This document shows, in pieces, positions 9,445 to 17,089 of a stretch of 30,840 nucleotides of DNA. Each line of letters opens with the position of its first letter. The stretch's first letter is position 1. A program made the position numbers and the translations under genes. Origin of the DNA: a virus (lineage: Duplodnaviria > Caudoviricetes); IMG/VR virus record IMGVR_UViG_3300042332_000905, positions 1-30,840 of that record, one strand, 5' to 3'. Under the pieces are notes generated by a model. The model ran no database searches. It was not told the origin of the DNA and saw nothing but the letters and a program-made list of their open reading frames with translations.

Positions 9445-10008
9445 CTATCTACACGTTAGACAACACCCATTGACATACTTATCTAAAAGTTTGCCAGCAT
9501 GTGTAATCATTTGTATACCTTGATTTGGAGCATGACAATGTTCAACTTTTGCTTTTGCACCATCAATAAGGGATTTGATATATCTTAAATCTTTCAAGTT
9601 TTGCTCAACTTCTGATGAAGGCTCACATTCTTGAAGATGTATTTTACAAAGTTCAGAATAATATCTATTTAAGATTTGTGTTGTTCTTAAATGATAATAA
9701 GAAACATAAGCATAATTGTTAGGTGAAACACTATATTTTATAGTATACACACCATCAGGTAATGCCAATCCTGCTGCAGCTCCAGCTTGTAGATCACTTG
9801 AACCTAGAAGTTTTGTAAAGCCAGGCACTAAACCATCAGCTTCTTCAATATAGACTGGTTGCACCATACCTGGTAATATAATATCCAATCTTTGACAGTC
9901 TACTGGTAAAAGAGTTTGATCAGCATATAAAGAAACATCTGAAATTTTCAAAACTGTTTCACATGCTGTTTCAGGTATATCTAATTGAAGTATATGTTTT
10001 AACGCCAT
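9445..10008 (-). CDS. Structural protein, putative tail hub/fibre-attachment protein
   Basis: 187 aa. LPDGVYTIKYSV beta domain followed by a helical C-terminus. Position matches tail-hub genes of crAss-like phages (synteny inference). Confidence 0.55.
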   Translation of the reverse strand: MALKHILQLDIPETACETVLKISDVSLYADQTLLPVDCQRLDIILPGMVQPVYIEEADGLVPGFTKLLGSSDLQAGAAAGLALPDGVYTIKYSVSPNNYAYVSYYHLRTTQILNRYYSELCKIHLQECEPSSEVEQNLKDLRYIKSLIDGAKAKVEHCHAPNQGIQMITHAGKLLDKYVNGCCLTCR

Positions 10009-10037
10009 TGTTTTTATTGTTTTAGTTACCTATCAAT

Positions 10038-10068
10038 AAAAAATAGGAAATTTTTTTAAAGATACAAA
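10038..10068 (-). promoter_or_regulatory. Near-consensus Bacteroidota promoter upstream of the tail genes
   Basis: Minus strand TTTG-N19-TATTTTTT, one mismatch to TAnnTTTG, directly after a terminator. AT-rich context raises the chance of a random match. Confidence 0.35.
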
Positions 10069-10069
10069 A

Positions 10070-10110
10070 TAAAAAAGAAAAAGAAGAGTGGTTAGCTCTT
10101 CTTTCCTTTT
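10070..10110 (-). terminator. Intrinsic terminator after the 506-aa structural gene
   Basis: Minus strand AAAGAAGAG-CTAACCA-CTCTTCTTT followed by TTCTTTTTT. Confidence 0.75.
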
Positions 10111-10126
10111 ATCAATTCTATGAAAA

Positions 10127-11647
10127 TTACTTCACAACTTTCAATGCAACTCCTGTGTTTGCAGAAGCTAAGAATGCATTCCACCAAGCTTCAAAGTTAA
10201 CTGCAGTAGCAGCAGATCTTGATGGTGTAACAATCTTAACTAAATACTGATCGTTATCTAAAGTACCATCAGAATTACTCTTACGAGGAACACTGTGTAA
10301 GATGTAGTATGCAGAATACTTAGTACCTCTGTTAACTTCACCAGCAACCAAGTTACCAGCAGCATCAATGTATGATAAAGTACTATCATCCATTACTTCA
10401 CGCATACGTGGATCTTGATACCAAGGTTCTTGTCTGTAACGCTTATCCAAGATTAACTCACGAATAATAGTTTCGCCAAAACCTTTACCTTGTCTAGCCA
10501 ACTGAGTTTCATTTGATACAAAACAAGTAGCATCACATGTAGAACCACCTAAATCATTAGAGTTATTAGCGTGTGCAGCTACAGAAGCGTAGATGTATAC
10601 AGGCTCTTTTTCAAAATGATCATTAGGATCAAATGAAGCATTACCAAATTGAGTATCAACATAAGCACCATAGATGTCAATGTTAGAGTCAATTGAACTT
10701 ACTCCATTAGTAATTACAGGAGTAACAGGAACGTAAGCATTTGCACCAGTAGATACAATTTCTTTGTATGCTTTTACGTTAGTACCAGCAGGAACAGCAA
10801 CAGCATGTACATATGGAGTAACTCCATCAATTTGTACTAAAGTAGCAACACTACCTGCAAGAGAAGCAACATAAGCAGCATAAACTATACCACCAATAAC
10901 CCATCTTAATTTATCACCAGCAGCAACAGCGTTTGCACCTGTACCAACAGCAGATAAAGTGATAGTAGAAGTAGCAACAGAAGCAGTTCCAGTAGGAGCC
11001 AATGTAGTTTTATTCCAAACTTTAGCTCTAATGAACTGATTTAAGAAAGGAATAGAATTGTTACCACCCAATGTACCATTAGCTAAACCTGTACCATTGA
11101 TTTGGTCAGCCCATCCTAATAACACAATGTTAGGATCTTTAGGATCATTAGTTGTACCAGTTACTGTGCAACATCCAGTGTTAACACTTAATGTTTGGTA
11201 CAAATTGTGTGTTAAGAAACGTAATGCAGGAGAACCTTTAACATCAACACGTAAATCATAAATTGTGTCACATTTAATGATACAACCAGCTTGAGAAACC
11301 TCAACAACATCATTTACAGGGTTTGATGGTTCAACCACATAGAACTCACTAACATACTTAGGATTGATTCCTTTTGACTTTACAGTCTCTTGGTATCCAC
11401 CATGAAATGGTCCTAATTTGTCTACTCTGTGGAAACTACCTTGTGCTAAATACACTTGGTTAAATTGACCTGCACCAGCACCATACACAGGCGTAGCTGC
11501 AATGTCAATTGTTTGATTTGTTAATGCGTTAACTACAGCAACTTGACCAGCAGGCAAAGTACCAGTAAGTGCAGCAGTTCCAGCTTTAAAAGGTGTTGCG
11601 TTTGTAGCAACTAGCATTTTTTGAAATGCATGTGGAAAATAAGCCAT
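10127..11647 (-). CDS. Abundant virion structural protein, putative auxiliary capsid/decoration protein
   Basis: 506 aa, Ala/Val/Gly/Thr-rich, followed by its own terminator. Position after MCP and ring genes matches the crAss-like auxiliary capsid gene (synteny inference). Confidence 0.6.
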   Translation of the reverse strand: MAYFPHAFQKMLVATNATPFKAGTAALTGTLPAGQVAVVNALTNQTIDIAATPVYGAGAGQFNQVYLAQGSFHRVDKLGPFHGGYQETVKSKGINPKYVSEFYVVEPSNPVNDVVEVSQAGCIIKCDTIYDLRVDVKGSPALRFLTHNLYQTLSVNTGCCTVTGTTNDPKDPNIVLLGWADQINGTGLANGTLGGNNSIPFLNQFIRAKVWNKTTLAPTGTASVATSTITLSAVGTGANAVAAGDKLRWVIGGIVYAAYVASLAGSVATLVQIDGVTPYVHAVAVPAGTNVKAYKEIVSTGANAYVPVTPVITNGVSSIDSNIDIYGAYVDTQFGNASFDPNDHFEKEPVYIYASVAAHANNSNDLGGSTCDATCFVSNETQLARQGKGFGETIIRELILDKRYRQEPWYQDPRMREVMDDSTLSYIDAAGNLVAGEVNRGTKYSAYYILHSVPRKSNSDGTLDNDQYLVKIVTPSRSAATAVNFEAWWNAFLASANTGVALKVVK

Positions 11648-11687
11648 AATAAAAAATAATTAAGGGTTTAACAATATATAATTTAAT

Positions 11688-12140
11688 TTACTTCAAAAAT
11701 AATAATTTATACTTTGCAGAATTGAATGTTGACTTAATTGTGTCTAAGTCATTTACAATCTCACTGTAAGGCATTATGCTTTGTAGTTCACAAATTTCAC
11801 CACATAGCTCTCTTATATAAGATACAGCTTCTTCAACAGTATTCAAAGTTTTTAAAGAACTATCATGACCACATTTAATAATTCTTTCTGATGCTCCTTG
11901 ATAACCTTCTACCAATGCATCTACGTGATCTGGTAGTGCTGTGTATAGTTCATTCAATGCTTTATGTGCAGCATATGAACCAAGGTCTTTTATTTTCAAG
12001 TGTAGCTTATGGAAAGAAGTTGCTGCCATTAATAGGTTTTCAGCCAATTCAGCTGTTTCATCATCAACAGGATTTGCAGAATAACTTTCTGTATCCATAG
12101 ATGGTCTTCTTTTTAACTTGTATGCTCCTGCAAAATCCAT
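11688..12140 (-). CDS. Ferritin/Dps-like four-helix protein (DUF5856-like)
   Basis: 150 aa. HKLHL...SYAAHKALNELY..LPDHVDALVEGYQG and terminal KYKLLFLK resemble phage Dps-like proteins. Confidence 0.65.
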   Translation of the reverse strand: MDFAGAYKLKRRPSMDTESYSANPVDDETAELAENLLMAATSFHKLHLKIKDLGSYAAHKALNELYTALPDHVDALVEGYQGASERIIKCGHDSSLKTLNTVEEAVSYIRELCGEICELQSIMPYSEIVNDLDTIKSTFNSAKYKLLFLK

Positions 12141-12151
12141 TTTATATCTTT

Positions 12152-12853
12152 TTAATCATTGTTTGCTTCTCTTTGTTGAGCTATTTGCATTTGATTGAAT
12201 GATTCAATATCTCCTGCTAATATTGCAACTGTAGAATCTACTAGTAATTCTGCAATGTCATCCTTGAACTCACAAGTTACATCTGCTGTATATACTGCTC
12301 CAGTAGAAATATTCACACAGTTTAAAAACTCAACATTTCTTGGTCTTCTGTAATAAGTCAATGTAGGATCTACAATATCAAATTTATCATTTGTATAAAT
12401 TCTAATTCTATTTCCTTGCATTGTACAAAATGTTTCACCCCACTCCCAACTTGGACTTTTAAACTCATCAGATAACAAATTGTCAACATCAGAAGTTTGG
12501 TCCAAATATACTGTAAACATTTTTGCAGGACAACAATCTTTCTCTGCTTTTATAGATACTCTTTTAAAATACAAATAGTTGTCAAACAACAATTGTGTTT
12601 CATAATACAACTCTTGTTTTGTAGCAATAATTGGTCTTGTTACTAACAAGTTTTGTATATCATCTATTTGCATCTTAGAAGACTCATCAGAATCTTTATG
12701 GTTAGGACTAATGTGAATTTGTCTTCTAACCCATTCCAATTGAGCCTTGTTGAATGCCTCAGCAACTTGCCAACATTCAATATTATCATAATCAAATGAG
12801 GCAAGTTTGTTAAGACGTTCTTTAATCTTTATTTGTAGCAGATTGTTATCCAT
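12152..12853 (-). CDS. Head-tail connector/ring (tail tubular) protein
   Basis: 233 aa. FNKAQLEWV...LTYYRRP...EFKDDIAELLVD..VAILAGDIES pattern and position two genes after MCP. Confidence 0.6.
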   Translation of the reverse strand: MDNNLLQIKIKERLNKLASFDYDNIECWQVAEAFNKAQLEWVRRQIHISPNHKDSDESSKMQIDDIQNLLVTRPIIATKQELYYETQLLFDNYLYFKRVSIKAEKDCCPAKMFTVYLDQTSDVDNLLSDEFKSPSWEWGETFCTMQGNRIRIYTNDKFDIVDPTLTYYRRPRNVEFLNCVNISTGAVYTADVTCEFKDDIAELLVDSTVAILAGDIESFNQMQIAQQREANND

Positions 12854-12855
12854 TA

Positions 12856-13872
12856 TTAACTATTCCAGTATTGTTCAACATTTTTTGAAAGATCCATAAG
12901 AATTTCCTCATTCAAAGGATTTTTCAAGTATAATACTACATCAGATGGAGTTTTACCAATAACAGCTCCAGATTTCATGTGGTAAATATTACCATCTCCT
13001 CTAGTAGCTATCAGCTTATAGAAATTAGCATCTTTAACAATAGCTCTTAATTTAAGAGTTTCCATGTCATAGTTAGCAACTTCCATAAACAATGATGCTG
13101 TTTTCTTTTTGTCTTTATCAACTAGTTCACCATTAATGTACTTATCCATGTTGTCATACATAACATCATTAGGTGTTGTTTTCTTGTATTGTGTAGAGTT
13201 ACCATCAATAACTTTACAAACCAAGAATAACTTGTTGATGTTTTTATCATATAATTTTTGTAATTCAGCAAGTGCTTTGTTACGTAATTTTTTAACCTCA
13301 GTTTTAGTTTGTACAGTTTCTTCAAACTTGTCTAAGTAAAACTTATATTTACCTGATATTTTTGCATGATCAAAAGATTTAGCAACAAGTGAAAAACCAC
13401 CTGCTTCTATAGCTCTTAATTTAATTGCATCATAAGGATCAAGAGCAGGATCTAAAAATACTGGTTCATTACCAAATCTCATTACAATCTTGTCCCAAAA
13501 CTCAGAGTTATCTGGTCTTAACAATTTTACCTTATTCCAAAAATCATCATCTTTAGGATCAATCACATTTGTAATAAGTTCTCTTTCTAACTGAGCAACT
13601 GTAGCTCTGATATCTTTGATAGCAGCGTTACGTTCATCTTCAGGTAACATTTTAATCTCAGGTGCAAACTCATTAAGTCCAGTCACATATCTTTTGATAC
13701 CATTGTGCTCTAAACATACTAATGCTTCTTCATGAACCACACCTTCAAATACAACCATCTCATACTTTTCTAAACCCATATTGGATTCAGAGAACGCACT
13801 GAAAGGTCTGATTGAAACCTGACTGTTGCGTTTTAAATTTCTGTCTTTCTCTACTAAAGTAATGTTTTCCAT
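12856..13872 (-). CDS. Conserved crAss-like head-module protein immediately downstream of MCP, function unknown
   Basis: 338-aa ORF ending IGKTPSDVVLYLKNPLNEEIL. Synteny with the crAss-like capsid module. Confidence 0.65.
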   Translation of the reverse strand: MENITLVEKDRNLKRNSQVSIRPFSAFSESNMGLEKYEMVVFEGVVHEEALVCLEHNGIKRYVTGLNEFAPEIKMLPEDERNAAIKDIRATVAQLERELITNVIDPKDDDFWNKVKLLRPDNSEFWDKIVMRFGNEPVFLDPALDPYDAIKLRAIEAGGFSLVAKSFDHAKISGKYKFYLDKFEETVQTKTEVKKLRNKALAELQKLYDKNINKLFLVCKVIDGNSTQYKKTTPNDVMYDNMDKYINGELVDKDKKKTASLFMEVANYDMETLKLRAIVKDANFYKLIATRGDGNIYHMKSGAVIGKTPSDVVLYLKNPLNEEILMDLSKNVEQYWNS

Positions 13873-13943
13873 TTTTCTTTTGTTTTTAGGTTTTTCTTCT
13901 TCTTCTTCTTTTGTAACATTGGTTTTGCATTTCTGCTACTCAG

Positions 13944-14058
13944 CTCCTAAGCCACGTCAAGGCTGTTACTTTTAGGAGTACCAAGAAAAGATGTGGAACT
14001 TTTCTTGGCGTAAGCTTCAGGGGAGCTGGTCTGACTCCCCTTTTTGGGAGATGAAGCT
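13944..14058 (-). other. Structured intergenic element with three consecutive stem-loops downstream of MCP
   Basis: Plus-strand pairings: CTCCTAA 13944-50 with TTAGGAG 13972-78; CCAAGAAAAG 13981-90 with CTTTTCTTGG 13999-14008; AGCTTCA 14013-19 with TGAAGCT 14052-58, enclosing GGGGAG/CTCCCC. Confidence 0.65.
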
Positions 14059-14068
14059 ATTAGTTTTA

Positions 14069-15709
14069 TTAGAATGAACCACCAGTGATTGGGTTTCTCA
14101 TAACAATTTTCAATACTTTAGTTGGATCTTTAACCCAGATTGAAGGCATGATTTGAGACATCATCACTTTATAACCATTGAAATTACCAGAAGACTGGAA
14201 TCCTTGAGATCTACCCATATAGTCCATAGTACCATTTTGGTAGAACCATTTTAACTCACTATCCCATTTCAATTTCAACAAGAAGATGTTGTCATTAGTG
14301 TTGTCAGTGATATCAAAAATGATAAAGTTATAAGAAGATAATGGGAAACCATCAATGATTGGGTTTTCAATATCATTAGTGTGAACATTGTCAAATGCTG
14401 GGTTCAACACAAACTTAACATTAGCTAAGAAAGGAATTGTGTATGAAGTAAAAGCAAATCCAAAGTTCAAGTCCATTGCACTTTTACCAGAAATTGCATT
14501 GATACCAGATTTGTCCATATTTACATATGCACCAGCTAATCCTGTTCCAAATGCTTCTTTCTTGATTGCCTCATTGATCATTTTCATACCAGCCATACCA
14601 GTTTGAACAATAAGTTCTTTTTGTGGATCTGGACCTTTGAACTCAACTTTACCATTGTAGAAGTTGAAGATTTCAGCTCTAAATAAGTCTAAAGTAAATC
14701 CAGACTTGTTGTAGATTCTCTTGAAAGAGTTATCTAACTGAGCCCAAAGTCCTACTGATAATCTAATATCATCTGGTCCATCTTGCTTAATTCTACCACC
14801 TTGTCCCCACATTAAGTAAGTCTCAATATCTGTAGCAATTTTAGTCAAGTGAGCAGCTTCCATTTTAGTTAAGAAAGAACGAGTCAATGATCCATTGTCA
14901 TATGCTTTCTTGATGTAGTCTTTACCCATTGTCGCAACCATTTGGTCAATGTTTGTGATAGATGGGTCAATGTTTTTGTCAAATGATCTCCAGATCTCAG
15001 TTACAGGAACTGAACCATCTGCGTTAAGACCACCTTTCATCATCATCTCAGCACGAGAAGAAACAGAATAGTGAACATGAGCTTCAGCACCACCAACAAA
15101 ATTGTAGTACTCTCTGAAACCATTTGTTAATTCACCAATGTCAGAGAATTTCTCTCCATATTCTCCACGAGCAGAACCTTTTCTGAAGAATTTAGTTCCT
15201 GGTTTCAAATATTTGTCAGCCTCTAAAGTAGCTCCATTGTTGTTATTTACCAATTGTACTGTATAGATAAATCCATCAGCAGAAGGTAAAATATCATCAG
15301 CTACAATAAATAACTCTAAACCTTTGTATTTGTCATAAGTGATAATATCACCATGTCCAAAAACACGTCTGTTTAATTTGATTTTGAATGTTACACCATC
15401 AGCACCCAATAAAGCTCCATTAGCTTCAATGTTTTCAGTGATGTAAGGTAAATCTTGTACAATTGGAGTTTGCCATTTGTACTCTCCTCTTGGAGTGTCA
15501 ACTAGAATGGTATTCTTTCCACCAAAAGACGACATTTGGTAAAGAGGCATCTCAACTTTTTGTGACATAGCCCAAAGATCAACAGGACCTAAATCCATAG
15601 GTTCTGCAGATTTAAGCATGTTTACTAAGTGATAAGAATCTAAGTGAGATGACACTTTGTAGTTAGTGTCTCTTAGGAACAAACCATTATTCAATACAGG
15701 TGTTGCCAT
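14069..15709 (-). CDS. Major capsid protein (crAss-like)
   Basis: 546 aa. Third gene after terminase (terminase-portal-acidic protein-this). C-terminus GYKVMM...PSIWVKDPTKVLKI typical of crAss-like HK97-fold MCPs. Confidence 0.85.
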   Translation of the reverse strand: MATPVLNNGLFLRDTNYKVSSHLDSYHLVNMLKSAEPMDLGPVDLWAMSQKVEMPLYQMSSFGGKNTILVDTPRGEYKWQTPIVQDLPYITENIEANGALLGADGVTFKIKLNRRVFGHGDIITYDKYKGLELFIVADDILPSADGFIYTVQLVNNNNGATLEADKYLKPGTKFFRKGSARGEYGEKFSDIGELTNGFREYYNFVGGAEAHVHYSVSSRAEMMMKGGLNADGSVPVTEIWRSFDKNIDPSITNIDQMVATMGKDYIKKAYDNGSLTRSFLTKMEAAHLTKIATDIETYLMWGQGGRIKQDGPDDIRLSVGLWAQLDNSFKRIYNKSGFTLDLFRAEIFNFYNGKVEFKGPDPQKELIVQTGMAGMKMINEAIKKEAFGTGLAGAYVNMDKSGINAISGKSAMDLNFGFAFTSYTIPFLANVKFVLNPAFDNVHTNDIENPIIDGFPLSSYNFIIFDITDNTNDNIFLLKLKWDSELKWFYQNGTMDYMGRSQGFQSSGNFNGYKVMMSQIMPSIWVKDPTKVLKIVMRNPITGGSF

Positions 15710-15734
15710 TTTATTTTGTTTTTAAGTTTAATAA

Positions 15735-16982
15735 TTATCTACTAAAAATATTTCTAGGTTTAGACAAAGTTCTTCTAGCTTTAGTTTCTGTTTCCTCATT
15801 TGTAGTTTGAGTAGAACTTAACTTTCTAGCTTCCTCTGTTTTCAACTTTTTAACTGTTTCTTGTGTTACTTCAGCCTTTGCTTGTTTTCTAATACTTTCT
15901 TTGTAGTCTTCAGGATCAGATAATAACCAAAGTGTTTCAGCTATTAGATCATATCTTGGTTGCTCACCAAACTGATAATCTTCTAAAAGCTTTCCTAGCA
16001 AGTTAGTTTGTCTTCCTTGCATACTTTCATACTTAAGACCTGTTAATTCATCCCACAAAAACTTCTGACGTGATTTGTCAATTTTAACACCATTCAACTC
16101 AGCAGGTTTTAAAGTATTGTATATGTTTTCCATATACAATTCTTTTTGCTTTTGTTGCTTGATTTTAAATTGCTCTTGTTGCTCAAGTTTACCACGCAAT
16201 ACTTCATTTTGCATATCATCTAACTTAGGCTTGAATTGGTTAGCACGTTTTGCAATTGTACCATTGTTTACCCATTCTTCTACTTGGTCTTCAATTAAAG
16301 CTTGATCACCATTTCCAAAGTTAGTAGCATTTAAGTATTGTCTTACAATAATCTCTTGGTGGTCTTCATTTCTAGGATCTAAAGATCTTTGCTCTTCTAC
16401 TTGAGCTAATGCTCTAAACAATCCTTTCATGTCTTTTCCACCTTTAGCAACATACTCAGCAGCATATTGTAATTCATCAGGCAAAGATTCAAAGAACTCT
16501 TTTGGAGTTTGCTCACGTATAGCTTTCTCCTTTTCCTCAAAGTTAGCTTGGATTAATTCTTTCCAATCTTTCAATGAGTATTCTTCAAGTGGTTTGTCAT
16601 CATCAAATCCAACAATTAAACCTTCATCCATTAATTTGGTAAAGGTTTCAACCATTCCACTTTTGTCAACTTTTTTACGCCCAGCTTTGTTACCAGTTTC
16701 TGCATCTTCTTCATCTGCAAGTTGATCATCTAACTCTTGTAAAGCTGAATCAACTTCTTCTTTTGTAACTTTTGTTTTAGTAGGATCTTCATCATCAGAT
16801 GTAGAATCTAAAAAACTTAAGTCAGCAGGTTCAGGTTTTGAGAAGATTGATTTTGGTGAATCATTTTCTTCAGTGTCATCTGCTGTAACTACACTTTCTG
16901 CACCTGGTAGAGGTAAGAAATCATCAATGTTCTCAATCTCTACGCTTGCACTTTGCGTTGCTGTTGTATTTTCTGTGCTCAT
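15735..16982 (-). CDS. Acidic scaffold-like/capsid assembly protein
   Basis: Very acidic N-terminus and coiled-coil body, between portal and MCP. Start moved from TTG 17024 to ATG 16982 (MSTENTT, 415 aa), which has an A-rich leader. Confidence 0.7.
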   Translation of the reverse strand: MSTENTTATQSASVEIENIDDFLPLPGAESVVTADDTEENDSPKSIFSKPEPADLSFLDSTSDDEDPTKTKVTKEEVDSALQELDDQLADEEDAETGNKAGRKKVDKSGMVETFTKLMDEGLIVGFDDDKPLEEYSLKDWKELIQANFEEKEKAIREQTPKEFFESLPDELQYAAEYVAKGGKDMKGLFRALAQVEEQRSLDPRNEDHQEIIVRQYLNATNFGNGDQALIEDQVEEWVNNGTIAKRANQFKPKLDDMQNEVLRGKLEQQEQFKIKQQKQKELYMENIYNTLKPAELNGVKIDKSRQKFLWDELTGLKYESMQGRQTNLLGKLLEDYQFGEQPRYDLIAETLWLLSDPEDYKESIRKQAKAEVTQETVKKLKTEEARKLSSTQTTNEETETKARRTLSKPRNIFSR

Positions 16983-17089
16983 GTTTCTTCTGTTTTTGGT
17001 TTCTTCTTCAATATAATGTAGCAAATAAACTTCAAAAATTTAAACTGACAATGACCCCTAGTAAAAGTTTTTGTCATTATATGGCTAAA

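Noticed and set aside
13940-14060. tRNA gene
   Set aside because: No cloverleaf with T-loop (TTCRA) and D-loop consensus is visible. Kept as an unclassified structured element.
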